Assembly: GCA_963578725.1 (NCBI GenBank)
Contig: CAUZDS010000015.1
Location: 10,000 to 73,999, forward strand
Direction: 5' to 3'
Source of the DNA: Vicinamibacteria bacterium
Lineage (GTDB): Bacteria; Acidobacteriota; Vicinamibacteria; Vicinamibacterales; UBA8438
Length of the DNA: 64,000 bases
Part shown: piece after piece, positions 31,783 to 43,455 of the stretch
How positions within the stretch are numbered: the first letter of the stretch is position 1
How the letters are laid out: the number at the start of each line of letters is the position of its first letter
Notes under the pieces: model-generated
The model's database searches: none
What the model saw: only the letters and a program-made list of their open reading frames with translations
What the model was told of the DNA's origin: nothing
Made by a program: the position numbers and the translations under genes

Positions 31783-32430
31783 ATGCACTGGCTCCGACGC
31801 AGCTTCATCGCCGGCTTTTTCGTGACCGTGCCGCTTGTTGTCAGCGTGGCGGCGCTGGTGTGGGCTTTTCGGCTGATCGATGGGGTCATGGCACCCGTGT
31901 ACAGTAGATGGCTGGGTAGTGAGGTGCCCGGGCTGGGGCTGGTGACCACGCTGGCGATCGTGCTCGTAGTGGGGGTGCTGGCCACCAACGTGTTCGGCAA
32001 GCGGTTGTTGCAGCGCGGCGAGTCGTATCTGCTCAGGCTCCCCGTGTTCCGGGCCGTCTATGCGCCAGTGAAACAGCTCGTCGCGGCGTTTTCTCCAGAC
32101 AACGAGCTGGCTTTTAAACGGGTCGTTCTCATCGATGATCCGAAATCGGGTTGCGTCCTTGGGTTCCAGACCAGGGAGTTCACGCTGGATCGGGGCAGCG
32201 GGCGCGAGCTGATGCTCGCCGTCTACGTGCCGACCAACCACCTGTATCTGGGGGACGTGCGAGTCTTTCCGAAGAACCTGGCGTTCTACCCGGAACTGAC
32301 GGTGCAGGAAGGTGTGCGGGTTTTCCTGACAGGTGGGATGGCCTTCAACGACGCGCTGCGCGCGGCCGGGACCGTGGGAACGGCGCCGGTAGGTGGAACG
32401 CCGGTGTCGGGTCCGGTCCCCGAAACGTGA
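31783..32430 (+). CDS. DUF502 family membrane protein
   Basis: Two N-terminal TM segments (FIAGFFVTVP, PGLGL), LPVFRAVYAPVKQL, VYVPT. Confidence 0.8.
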   Translation: MHWLRRSFIAGFFVTVPLVVSVAALVWAFRLIDGVMAPVYSRWLGSEVPGLGLVTTLAIVLVVGVLATNVFGKRLLQRGESYLLRLPVFRAVYAPVKQLVAAFSPDNELAFKRVVLIDDPKSGCVLGFQTREFTLDRGSGRELMLAVYVPTNHLYLGDVRVFPKNLAFYPELTVQEGVRVFLTGGMAFNDALRAAGTVGTAPVGGTPVSGPVPET

Positions 32431-32436
32431 AGTAGC

Positions 32437-32466
32437 TTGACAGCGGCGAACGGCGGTTGTTAGTTT
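32437..32466 (+). promoter_or_regulatory. sigma70 promoter of hppA
   Basis: TTGACA-N18-TAGTTT with an extended -10 TG. Confidence 0.6.
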
Positions 32467-32506
32467 GTCGGGTTTCTTGAGGAGCAACGGAGCGATAAGG
32501 GCAGGA

Positions 32507-34615
<2,109 letters not shown>

Positions 34616-34718
34616 TACGGCGCCTCTGCTGGCGAGTTGAGAATATCCTTGAAATCCTTAGGATACTGAGGTTCAATGCACGCTCAGGTTACTTGCCGGT
34701 TGCGTTCGCAGCGTTACG

Positions 34719-34748
34719 TTGACACTTTATTTCGCGTCTGCGTATAAT
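34719..34748 (+). promoter_or_regulatory. Consensus sigma70 promoter of the tonB operon
   Basis: Perfect TTGACA-N18-TATAAT. Confidence 0.75.
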
Positions 34749-34794
34749 CGACGGTCTTATTGTCAGGCTGGCAGCTCATCGTGAGCTGAGGAGA

Positions 34795-35514
34795 ATGATA
34801 GTGGCTGGTCAGATGTTCGGTGAAATAGCGAACCCGACGATCAAGATTGGTGCACAGAAGTGGTACACCGTGCCCGTCTCCATCCTCGCACACGTGGTGG
34901 CGATTGGCGCCATTGTGATCGTACCGCTGCTGGCCGCGGATGTGCTGCCGACGCCGCCGTCGATGATGGCGTTCGTGGCCGCACCGCCGCCGCCACCGCC
35001 ACCACCGCCACCGCCACCGCCGCCGGCTGCCGCGGCGCCGGTGGCGGTGCCGGTGGTCGACGTCAATCCCAACGCCGCGCCCATCGAGGCCCCGGCCGAG
35101 ATCGTGCCGGAGACGGGGTTCGACCTCAGCGCGGTTAGCGGTGTTGAGGGAGGAATCAGCGGCGGTGCCGTCGGCGGTATCGTCGGGGGACTGCTGGAAG
35201 CGCCGCCCCCGCCGCCCCCGCCGCCCGAGCCTGTTCGTGTCGGCGGCAACATCAGCCCGCCCACGAAGACGAGGAATGTTGACCCGCGGTATCCGCCAGT
35301 GGCGCAAGCAGCCCGTGTTACCGGGGTCGTCATCCTCGAGGCGGTGATTGGTCCGGACGGTCGGGTCACTGAAGTCAAGGTGTTGCGTTCGGTGGCACTG
35401 CTCGATGATGCCGCCATCGCGGCAGTCCAGCAGTGGGAATACACGCCGACCTTGTTGAACGGCGTCCCCGTCCCAGTCATCATGACCGTTACCGTGAACT
35501 TCCAGCTGAGTTAG
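34795..35514 (+). CDS. tonB: TonB-family energy transducer
   Basis: TM anchor with SxxxH (SILAH), ~14-residue polyproline tract, C-domain PRYPPVAQAARVTG...LDDAA...WEYTP. Confidence 0.92.
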   Translation: MIVAGQMFGEIANPTIKIGAQKWYTVPVSILAHVVAIGAIVIVPLLAADVLPTPPSMMAFVAAPPPPPPPPPPPPPPAAAAPVAVPVVDVNPNAAPIEAPAEIVPETGFDLSAVSGVEGGISGGAVGGIVGGLLEAPPPPPPPPEPVRVGGNISPPTKTRNVDPRYPPVAQAARVTGVVILEAVIGPDGRVTEVKVLRSVALLDDAAIAAVQQWEYTPTLLNGVPVPVIMTVTVNFQLS

Positions 35515-35595
35515 AGAGAGGCACTGTTTGGCGCCGGTAATCACCGGTGTGCCGTATTCGACGAACCTGCACTTTGGACCTAGTGAGGAGGCACA

Positions 35596-36267
35596 ATGGA
35601 TCTTCTTGAGCTTTGGGAACAGATGGGCTTGGCGGTTAAATCCCTCATGTTTATACTGGCGTTGATGTCCATGTGGTCGATGGGCGTCTTCTTCGAGAGA
35701 TTGTTCACGTTCTTCCAGGCCGCCAAGCAGTCGAAGCTGTTTGCGCCCCAGGTGGCGAAGCACCTCAGAGACGGTCGTTTGAAGGATGCCATTGCGATCT
35801 CGCAGTCTAAGAACTACAAGTACAGCCATCTCGGCAAAGTCGTGCTGGCCGGGCTGCAGGAGTACCAGTTTCAGAAGGACTCTGGCGTCGAGCTGAACCG
35901 TGACGACCTAGTCGACAGCGTGCGCCGGGCCATCCAGCGCGCGAGCGCGCTGACGGCGGCTGACCTGAAGAAGGGGATGGGGTCGCTGGCCACCATCGGC
36001 GCCACGGCCGTGTTCGTCGGGCTACTCGGGACCACGCTGGGCGTCATCAACGCGTTCCAGGGTATCGCGGCCACCGGGTCTGGCGGTTTGGGTGCGGTGT
36101 CGGCTGGTATCGCTGAGGCGCTTGTCGGGACGGCGGTCGGGCTGTTCGTGGCGATTCCGGCGGTCTGGTTCTACAACTTTCTGACCTCGAAGATCGAGTT
36201 CTTTAACGTCGAGATGGACAACTCGTCGTCCGAGCTCGTCGACTACTTCATCAAGAAGGCGGACTAG
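35596..36267 (+). CDS. exbB: MotA/TolQ/ExbB proton channel protein
   Basis: LATIGATAVFVGLLGT, GIAEALVGTAVGLFVAIPA. Confidence 0.92.
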   Translation: MDLLELWEQMGLAVKSLMFILALMSMWSMGVFFERLFTFFQAAKQSKLFAPQVAKHLRDGRLKDAIAISQSKNYKYSHLGKVVLAGLQEYQFQKDSGVELNRDDLVDSVRRAIQRASALTAADLKKGMGSLATIGATAVFVGLLGTTLGVINAFQGIAATGSGGLGAVSAGIAEALVGTAVGLFVAIPAVWFYNFLTSKIEFFNVEMDNSSSELVDYFIKKAD

Positions 36268-36336
36268 CGTTAGCGTGGGTGCCGGTGGCGCCGTGTCGCT
36301 CCCGCTAAATCCGAGGCGAGCCGAGGAGGCAGACCG

Positions 36337-36783
36337 ATGGGAATGCAAGTAGGCGAGAAAAAAGGCGCGTTGAATTCGGAGATCAACATCACGCCACTGG
36401 CTGACGTGATGCTGGTGCTGCTGATCATTGTCATGCTCATTGCTCCTCTCCTGCAGAAGGGTGTCGACGTCACGTTGCCCGAGGCGTCCTACACCAACGA
36501 GAAGCCTGAGAATGACGCACAGACGGTGCTGGCGGTGACGGCGGACGGCCGGTTCTATGTGGACAGCGTCCAGGTCCCGGAGCAGGAGTTGCTGACGCAA
36601 GTGCAGGCGGCACTCGAACGCAAGTTCGAACAGATTGTCTTGATCAAGGCTGACCAGGATGCGCAGTATAGCAACATCATGTCCGTTCTCGACCGGCTCC
36701 AGCGAGCCGGGATCGAGGAGATCGGGTTGATCACCGAGCGCAAGGTCGGCAGCGGCGGTGCGGGCGCCGGGGGAGGCGAATAG
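36337..36783 (+). CDS. exbD: ExbD/TolR family protein 1
   Basis: EINITPLADVMLVLL (conserved Asp), IKAD...Y. Confidence 0.92.
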   Translation: MGMQVGEKKGALNSEINITPLADVMLVLLIIVMLIAPLLQKGVDVTLPEASYTNEKPENDAQTVLAVTADGRFYVDSVQVPEQELLTQVQAALERKFEQIVLIKADQDAQYSNIMSVLDRLQRAGIEEIGLITERKVGSGGAGAGGGE

Positions 36784-36786
36784 ACG

Positions 36787-37251
36787 ATGGCCAAGAAGAA
36801 GCACTTCGGGGCGGAGGATGTTTTTACCTCCGAAAAGGTCACATCGCAGGGGGAGATCAACATCACGCCATTCATCGACGTGTTGCTGGTGCTGATTGTC
36901 ATCTTCCTGGCGGCGCTGCCGCTGTCCCAGCGTGGCCTCGACATCAACCTGCCGCTCGAGACCCGTGGCGCGCAACAGGCGCAGGCCGACACCAGCCAGA
37001 TCGTGCTGCAATACACGGGCGACCGTGTGATCACGGTCAACCAGCAGCCGATTGAGATCCAGCAGCTTGAGTCTCGGCTCCGCGACATCTTCGAGCAGCG
37101 TCGTGATAAGACGATGTTCATCGCAGGCGCCGGTAACCTCAGGTACGGCGAGATCATCGAGGTGATCGATGCCGCCACGGGGGCGGGCATTACCAAGGTC
37201 GGCATCGTGACCGAAGGGATGCGACGGGCCGGTGGGGCGGACGCGTTGTAA
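36787..37251 (+). CDS. exbD: ExbD/TolR family protein 2
   Basis: EINITPFIDVLLVL, LRYGEIIEVIDAA. Confidence 0.9.
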   Translation: MAKKKHFGAEDVFTSEKVTSQGEINITPFIDVLLVLIVIFLAALPLSQRGLDINLPLETRGAQQAQADTSQIVLQYTGDRVITVNQQPIEIQQLESRLRDIFEQRRDKTMFIAGAGNLRYGEIIEVIDAATGAGITKVGIVTEGMRRAGGADAL

Positions 37252-37281
37252 AGAATCGGGTCCAGGATAACTGCACGATCC

Positions 37282-37325
37282 AAAGACCGGCGGTCCATTT
37301 GAGGATGGGACGCCGGTCTTTTCTT
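37282..37325 (+). terminator. Intrinsic terminator after the tonB-exbBDD operon
   Basis: AAAGACCGGCG...CGCCGGTCTTT followed by TCTT. Confidence 0.8.
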
Positions 37326-37384
37326 GTGTGCGTCTGATGCCGAAGGGCGAGCACCCTCTGTCCTACGCGACCGTGGTGAAAGCT

Positions 37385-37428
37385 GCATTCAACCGGCGCT
37401 GTAGCCCGGCTGGACGGTGTTGCTCCTC
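37385..37428. repeat. Degenerate MITE/REP-like element, partial copy B
   Basis: GCATTCAACCGGCGCTGTAGCCCGGCTGGACGGTGTTGCTCCTC; matches both parts of the element at 27555. Confidence 0.45.
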
Positions 37429-37701
37429 CAGTCTGGCGCCGGCCGTGCGCGGCACTGCCACGCCAGGGTTTCGGTTCGACGAAGGGCTGTCATCACGGGC
37501 TCCTGGAAGGAGCATCCCATTGCCGGGAGACGGGAGCCATAGCAGCCAAGCACCACGAACTCGCCGCCACGGGGCTGTTCAGGCCGCCAGAGAGCGGCCT
37601 GGTAACGCCAAAGCGCCCGTACACGAGGACGGGCCGGGTCGCCCAGTCGTGGCGGCCCGGCCCGAGCCTAATCTCGCCTGGCGAGCCCAGGGCGGCCTAG
37701 C

Positions 37702-38649
37702 CTAGCCGGCGGCGCCCGAGGTCCGCAGCGCCTGGAGCTCCTCGGCACGGTCACGCAGCCCGTCGGCCTCGCCGATCAGATCGTCCCGCACCTCGAGATC
37801 TTCCGTGAGGTTAGCCTGCATCCGCAGCAGGATGTTCTTGTAGGTCAGCGCCTCCATGTAGTCTGCGTTCAGCATAATCGCTTTGTCTACCTCGGTGAGT
37901 CCAAGCATCACGAATTCCATCTCTTCTTCCTCGCTGAGGCGGAAGTCGCGGAACGCCTTCTCCCAGTAGTACGTGGCGATGGTGTAGAACGCTTCCGGAT
38001 TCTCGGGTTCGAGCACGGCCCGCTCGCGGAGCGCCTCGATCGTTCTCTCGAACTCCTCGCTGCGGTTGTAGAACCCGGCCAATTGCAGATACACGTTGGG
38101 GTCGTCGGCAGACCGGTCGCGTATCTGCAACATTACCTGCTCCGCCTCGTCATAGAGCCCCGAGTCCTCGTAGAGCTTGGCCAGCGCGAAGTAGTTGTCC
38201 GGGTTCTCCGGATCGATCTCAATCATCTGCTGCAGCACCGGTTCTGCCGACGCTGGCTCGTTCGCCTTGTCTGGGCCATACGCGGCCACCAGATACTGCA
38301 TCGACAGCGTCTGCATCGCCGCGTCGGTCTCCCGTTCGATCGAGGTGATGTAGTTGTCGATGGCCCGCTCGAGCAGCCGGTCATTGTCGGCCTGGCCACG
38401 CAGGGCCGGTCTAAACTGGTTGTCGTAGCTGTTCGCCAGATAGAAATAGGTCACAACCAGGTTAGGGTCGTTGGCGATGACTTCCTCATACAACGTGACG
38501 GCGCCCTCGTAGTCGCTCCGCTGATACAGCGTGTGGGCGTCCTTGATCACCTTCAGCGCCTCGAGCTGGTCGAAGTACTGGCACGATACCAGCGGCAGGG
38601 CCATGGTGATGATGAGCGCGAGTCTTGTTCCAAACGATCGCATGTGCAT
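37702..38649 (-). CDS. TPR-repeat lipoprotein
   Basis: Lipobox LVSC; TPR helices (YFYLANSY, YFALAKLY, YLQLAGFY, FYTIATYY); acidic composition. Confidence 0.85.
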   Translation of the reverse strand: MHMRSFGTRLALIITMALPLVSCQYFDQLEALKVIKDAHTLYQRSDYEGAVTLYEEVIANDPNLVVTYFYLANSYDNQFRPALRGQADNDRLLERAIDNYITSIERETDAAMQTLSMQYLVAAYGPDKANEPASAEPVLQQMIEIDPENPDNYFALAKLYEDSGLYDEAEQVMLQIRDRSADDPNVYLQLAGFYNRSEEFERTIEALRERAVLEPENPEAFYTIATYYWEKAFRDFRLSEEEEMEFVMLGLTEVDKAIMLNADYMEALTYKNILLRMQANLTEDLEVRDDLIGEADGLRDRAEELQALRTSGAAG

Positions 38650-38802
38650 AGCGGTCCCCTTTATAACCCCTGTGTTTCCAGACGTCGTCTCGCTGGACGG
38701 ACGTCTGGTTTACCTGACGGTTGCGCTGGGCATCCGGTCTGGGGCGCCGGCAGGCCTTTTCGCGCCGTGAAGCACGAGCCATCCCTGCGCTGACGACGCA
38801 TC

Positions 38803-38832
38803 AGTATAGTGAAGCGAAAAACGGCAAGTCAA
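38803..38832 (-). promoter_or_regulatory. sigma70 promoter of the TPR lipoprotein gene
   Basis: TTGACT-N18-TATACT on the minus strand. Confidence 0.6.
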
Positions 38833-38930
38833 GCAACACGGTCAGCTCTGGCAACCTACTGTCTTTTCAATCAGTTTACGTCGACGGCGTCCGTTTCTCT
38901 TCGAGTTACGTCCGCCCCGGTGACACCCGG

Positions 38931-38960
38931 TTGACGGTGGTCCGTGACGCTTCCTATGAT
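38931..38960 (+). promoter_or_regulatory. sigma70 promoter of rel
   Basis: TTGACG-N18-TATGAT. Confidence 0.6.
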
Positions 38961-39058
38961 GGGCATAGTCGTGCCCGGCCGGGGCGCTGCGGTGTGCCTG
39001 GTGGAGCATCTCCGGGCCAGTGGACCAGCTGTTGCTCGCTGGTGAAGAAGAACGTCTG

Positions 39059-41209
39059 ATGATCAGCTTCGAGAACCTGGCCGACAAGGCCCGTGCCTCC
39101 CACCCGGACGCTGACACCGACCTGCTGCGCAGGGCCTACGACTTCTCCGCGGCGGAGCACGCCGGTCAAAGACGTCGCTCTGGCGAGCCGTATCTGACCC
39201 ACCCGCTCGAGGTCGCGGGCCTGGTCGCCGATATGCGGCTCGACGACGTCGCGATCGCGGCCGGGCTGCTCCACGACGTCGTCGAGGACACGCTAACGTC
39301 GATCGACCGGGTCCAGGATATGTTCGGGTCCGAGGTGGCTCACGTGGTGGAGGGGGTCACCAAGATCAGCACCATCCCGTTCTCGTCGAGCGAGGAGCGG
39401 CAGGCGGAGAATTTCCGCAAGATGTTGCTCGCCATGGTCGACGACGTCCGGGTGATTATCGTGAAGTTGGCGGACCGGCTGCACAACATGCGGACATTGG
39501 ACCACCTAGCGGAAGACCGTCGGCTGACGATTGCCAAGGAGACGCTCGACATCTACGCGCCGATCGCCCATCGACTCGGGATGAAGAGGGTAAAGAACGA
39601 GCTGGAAGATCTCGCCTTCAGGCATCTCGACCCGAGGGCCTACGAGACACTGCGAGCGTGGGTGGAGCGGCGCCGGCGGGCCACGAAGAGCACGGTGTCC
39701 GGGTTGCGGCGGACGCTCGACCGCAGGTTGACGGAGGCGCAGATTCCGTTTGTCCGGATCGAATCCAGGATCAAGCGACTCTACGGCATCCACCAGAAGA
39801 TCAAACGTCAACGAATCTCTCTGGAGCAGGTCTACGACCTGATCGCGCTTCGTGTCATCACGACCTCGGTGCGCGATTGTTACGCGACGCTGGGCATCAT
39901 TCACCAGACCTGGTCCCCCGTACCGGGTCGGTTCAAGGACTTCCTTGCCATGCCGCTGGCGAACGGGTATCGGTCGCTGCACACCTCGGTCGTCAGCGAG
40001 AAGGGAGTTCCGTTCGAGGTGCAGCTCCGGACCGAGGAGATGCACGCCGTCGCCGAGGATGGTATCGCCGCGCACTGGAAATACAAGGAGGGGCGCATCG
40101 GGGTGACACCGGACGAGGAGCATTTCACCTGGCTGCGCCAGCTGCTCGAGTGGCAGCAGGATGTGGGAGACGCCGGCGAGTTCATCCACAACTTAAAGGT
40201 GGACCTCTACCCGGACGAGGTCTACACGTTTACCCCCAAGGGGGAGGTAAAGGCACTGCCCCGTGGTGCCACGCTGATCGATTTCGCCTACGGCATCCAC
40301 ACCGACGTCGGGCACCAGTGTGTCGGTGCGCGGGTGAACGGCCGCATGATACCGATCCGGACGCGGTTGCAGAGCGGCGACATCGTCGAGGTCGTGACGG
40401 CGCCGGGGCACACTCCGAGCCGGGACTGGCTGAACATCGTCGTCACGTCACGCGCGCGCAACAAGATCAAGCACTTCATCCACACCGAGGAGAAGGTGCG
40501 GGCGGTCGAGCTTGGTCGCAAGTTGTTCGATAAGGAGCTACGGCGGTTCGACGTCAGCGCCAAGTCGGTCCTCGAGCCTGAGGCGGTGAGGAGGGTGGCG
40601 GGCGAATTCGGCACGCAGCGCGCCGACGACCTATTCGCTGCGATCGGCTACGGGAAGGTCCAGGCCCGATCGGTGCTGGCGAAGCTGGTGCCGAGGCAGC
40701 TCAAGGAGAAGGCTGGCACCCCCTCGATCGGCACCGTCGTGCGCCGGATGCTGCGCCCGAGCGAAGAGAAGGTCAAGGTCCGGGGGTTCGACGACCTCCT
40801 GGTGTTCCGGGCTAGGTGCTGCAACCCGATCCGGGGAGAAAAGATCGTCGGGTATGTGACTCGCGGCAAGGGGGTTTCGGTGCACGCGGCCCGGTGTCCT
40901 AACGTCTTAAATCTGCTGTATGACCCGGAGCGCCGGATCGACGTGGTTTGGGAAAAGAGCGCGGATGGCTCCGGTTACATCGTGCTGCTCGGCATCCAGG
41001 TGGAGGACCGGCGCGGTATTCTCGCTGACGTGACCTCGAAGATCGCCGGTCTCGAGACCAACGTTCTGAAGGTCGAGACCACCACAAGCGATCACCACGG
41101 GCGGATCAGCGTGACGATGGAGATCGATGATCTGAAGCACCTGCAGCGGATCATCAAGGTGATCCGCGGTGTCCCAGGGGTGCTAGAGGTCGAGAGGCAG
41201 ATGCGGTAG
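39059..41209 (+). CDS. relA: Bifunctional (p)ppGpp synthetase/hydrolase (Rel/SpoT)
   Basis: SGEPYLTHP, intact LHDVVEDT hydrolase motif, RFKD, YRSLHT, EVQLRT, TGS, CCNP and ACT domains. Confidence 0.96.
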   Translation: MISFENLADKARASHPDADTDLLRRAYDFSAAEHAGQRRRSGEPYLTHPLEVAGLVADMRLDDVAIAAGLLHDVVEDTLTSIDRVQDMFGSEVAHVVEGVTKISTIPFSSSEERQAENFRKMLLAMVDDVRVIIVKLADRLHNMRTLDHLAEDRRLTIAKETLDIYAPIAHRLGMKRVKNELEDLAFRHLDPRAYETLRAWVERRRRATKSTVSGLRRTLDRRLTEAQIPFVRIESRIKRLYGIHQKIKRQRISLEQVYDLIALRVITTSVRDCYATLGIIHQTWSPVPGRFKDFLAMPLANGYRSLHTSVVSEKGVPFEVQLRTEEMHAVAEDGIAAHWKYKEGRIGVTPDEEHFTWLRQLLEWQQDVGDAGEFIHNLKVDLYPDEVYTFTPKGEVKALPRGATLIDFAYGIHTDVGHQCVGARVNGRMIPIRTRLQSGDIVEVVTAPGHTPSRDWLNIVVTSRARNKIKHFIHTEEKVRAVELGRKLFDKELRRFDVSAKSVLEPEAVRRVAGEFGTQRADDLFAAIGYGKVQARSVLAKLVPRQLKEKAGTPSIGTVVRRMLRPSEEKVKVRGFDDLLVFRARCCNPIRGEKIVGYVTRGKGVSVHAARCPNVLNLLYDPERRIDVVWEKSADGSGYIVLLGIQVEDRRGILADVTSKIAGLETNVLKVETTTSDHHGRISVTMEIDDLKHLQRIIKVIRGVPGVLEVERQMR

Positions 41210-41243
41210 AAGCGGGAAGCTGTCGACCCCCTTATTGACGGTA

Positions 41244-41624
41244 TCAGCCGAGATAGGCGACAGCGTCGATCTCGACGCAGACCGCCTTGGGTAGTGCAGC
41301 CACCTGTACCGTGGCGCGTGTTGGCGCAGGGTCGTCGAAGTAGCGGCCGTAGGCCTCGTTGACCTGCGCGAAGTCGTCGAGATCGCTGAGGAAGATCGTC
41401 GTGCGCACGACCTGATCGTAGCCGGCGCCGGCGGCCCGCAGAATGGCGCCAACGTTTTGCATGACCCGGTGGGTTTGCGCAGTGGCGTTGCCTTCAACGA
41501 CCTGTCCAGACCTTGGGTCTAGAGGAATCTGACCAGAGATGAAAAGCAGCGAGCCGGCCCGGACCGCCTGAGAGTACGGTCCGACCGCCGCCGGTGCCTC
41601 GTCGGTTTGTACGGCCTGACGCAT
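41244..41624 (-). CDS. ridA: RidA/YjgF reactive intermediate deaminase
   Basis: APAAVGPYSQA, FISGQIP, PTRATVQVAALP, VEID. Confidence 0.93.
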   Translation of the reverse strand: MRQAVQTDEAPAAVGPYSQAVRAGSLLFISGQIPLDPRSGQVVEGNATAQTHRVMQNVGAILRAAGAGYDQVVRTTIFLSDLDDFAQVNEAYGRYFDDPAPTRATVQVAALPKAVCVEIDAVAYLG

Positions 41625-41744
41625 CAGTCGGTAATTCTCTAGCAGTCCACGGTGAAGCTACGTCTCGCGCTGGGACGGGCGGTGCACCTGACGGAACTAG
41701 CAGGAGCGAGGCGGCATACCGGACAGCATTCGACCGAACAGCAA

Positions 41745-41776
41745 TCCGCCTTCTCCAAGGTTTCGGCGAGCCCAGG
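41745..41776. repeat. REP-like palindrome, copy 2
   Basis: TCCGCCTTCTCCAAGGTTTCGGCGAGCCCAGG, related to the copy at 14502. Confidence 0.55.
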
Positions 41777-41863
41777 CGGTCGTCCGTATGGGAGCGGTCC
41801 GGGCGGCGGCTGGCGCAGTCAGACGGTATACAGCGAACGCATCGAAGGCTTGACCACGGGCTG

Positions 41864-42055
41864 CTAGGCCGCCTTGACGACCTTGTTCGAGCGGAGACAC
41901 CGCGTGCACACGCGGATCCGCTTCACGCCGCCATTGACCGCGGCTCTCACCCTCTGAATGTTGGGCAGGAATCGTCGGCGGGTGACGTTGTGCGCGTGAC
42001 TGACGTTTCGCCCGGCGGCCGGGCCCTTTCCGCAGATCTCGCAACGCTTCGCCAT
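41864..42055 (-). CDS. rpmB: 50S ribosomal protein bL28 (Zn-binding form)
   Basis: [10 protein letters not shown]...[18 protein letters not shown]...VCTRCLRS; extended -10 TGCTATAAT at 42110-42118 (minus). Confidence 0.97.
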   Translation of the reverse strand: MAKRCEICGKGPAAGRNVSHAHNVTRRRFLPNIQRVRAAVNGGVKRIRVCTRCLRSNKVVKAA

Positions 42056-42235
42056 CGTGCTTACCTGAGCATCATCTCCATCGGTCCGGCCCATCGGTCC
42101 GGACGCCCGATTATAGCAGAGGTGGGCGTCGCGCTGGCGCTGCGACTGATTCCACGCACCACGATACCACGCTGGCCCGAGATTCCAGCCAGGACGCAGC
42201 AGCGGTAGAAGTCAGCGGGCTTTTACTACGGGCTC

Positions 42236-42916
42236 TCAGGGAACGATGAGCGGCAGGGCCTTGCTCGGTGGCGTTTCTGTCGGGGTGTCGGTGGCGTCAG
42301 GTCTCCCGGTGTCACCGCCTGACGAGGCATGGAGCAGACGAGCTACCAGGTCGAGGTAGGCGCGGCGGTCGCCGTCGAGTGCCGTGCGCGCCTTCGTCGC
42401 GGCCCGCTCCACGCATCGCAGCACCGCGGCAAGGTCCCGCTCACTGGCCACCGGGCTTCGCCCATCTCGTTGCTCCAGTAGCGGTTTCAGCTCGCGCGCG
42501 AGCCTTTCGGCCGGCACAGACGACGGATGATGTTCGTAAATAATGCCCTTGTCGGCCGTCTCGTAGGTGGCGGAGAGCGCCCGCGCGGTGTCACGGACCA
42601 CCTCGTCATCCACGGTCATCCCGCCGGTCCCGGCGAGCCGGTGAAATGTTCCCTGGACCAGGAAGAAGAGCTGATATTGCCTCGGATCGAGTCCACCGAC
42701 GATCGGCAGCAGAAACCGCGCGTCGCGTTCCTGCTGTCGGTGGACCACGGCAGGTGGGTGTGTCCGCGCCGACACGAGATAAGCACAGTCCGGCGGACAG
42801 CGGATCTCCGTCAGCCGCTTGGTGCCGCAACAGACTGCGCAGATCTGACGAACCAGCGCCGGGCAGGTGCGGCGCGCGCGGCGGCGCTGGCAGAGCGGAC
42901 AGGTTTCAGTGCTCAT
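42236..42916 (-). CDS. Hypothetical protein with Cys-rich N-terminal domain
   Basis: Eight Cys in the first 44 aa, then a helical-looking domain; SD-like AGGA directly upstream. Confidence 0.75.
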   Translation of the reverse strand: MSTETCPLCQRRRARRTCPALVRQICAVCCGTKRLTEIRCPPDCAYLVSARTHPPAVVHRQQERDARFLLPIVGGLDPRQYQLFFLVQGTFHRLAGTGGMTVDDEVVRDTARALSATYETADKGIIYEHHPSSVPAERLARELKPLLEQRDGRSPVASERDLAAVLRCVERAATKARTALDGDRRAYLDLVARLLHASSGGDTGRPDATDTPTETPPSKALPLIVP

Positions 42917-43050
42917 TCCTGTGGCCGGCTGGATCAGCTTGGCACACCGCGGATTCGAGCGTCAACGCTGTCAACCGACCAGCGGTTGATGGAAGCCACA
43001 CCGATCGCTGGATCATCGCCAGACGAGTTCTGGACCAACCGTGAGAACCG

Positions 43051-43103
43051 TCACAAGACGTCCTCTTGTGAGGACGGATAACCGGTTGTGAAGACGGATA
43101 ACC
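43051..43103. repeat. Palindrome plus 18-bp direct repeat (candidate regulator/enhancer sites)
   Basis: TCACAAGA-N5-TCTTGTGA (43051-43071); TTGTGA(G/A)GACGGATAACC at 43066 and 43086. Confidence 0.65.
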
Positions 43104-43354
43104 TGAAAAATTCTGAAACCGTACACCCAGCTTCGTCGTCTAACACAACGGATGCGCAGTCGACCGAGCAATCGAATCGTGACAGGGGCCAGTAAAGCAT
43201 AGTAAATGAGGCACATAGAACGGGCTCAGAAGGAGGGGCGGGAGCCATAGGGCCATCCCAGACCCGCCGCCGGACCGTCTCCATCCCTTCCTTCGATCCC
43301 AAGTCAGGTCGCTTCGTTTTCGGACACCTGCGGGCCCGTGTCGGCTCGGTGTTC

Positions 43355-43369
43355 TGGTATCGGATTTGC
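43355..43369 (+). promoter_or_regulatory. Putative sigma54 (-24/-12) promoter
   Basis: TGGTAT-CGGAT-TTGC fits TGGCAC-N5-TTGC with correct GG/GC spacing. Confidence 0.6.
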
Positions 43370-43455
43370 TTATAAGCCTGTCGTCATCGGGGCTTGGATC
43401 CGACACGATCCTGAGTGCGCAACCCTGGCAGGTCGGATGGGAAGGAGCCGTAACG

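Noticed and set aside
34635-34670. TGAGAAT half-site and TATCCT/AGGATA inverted repeat as a Fur box upstream of tonB
   Set aside because: No complete 7-1-7 or 19-bp palindrome; too weak to call.
34984-35025. CCG/CCA triplet run as a contingency repeat
   Set aside because: It encodes the TonB polyproline spacer with mixed codons.
37328-37705. 125-aa ORF between exbD2 and the TPR lipoprotein gene
   Set aside because: No motifs or SD, starts right after a terminator, and overlaps a repeat fragment and hairpins.
43066-43103. Direct repeats as a CRISPR array or DnaA boxes
   Set aside because: Only two 18-bp units separated by 2 bp, no cas genes, and a poor match to TTATCCACA.
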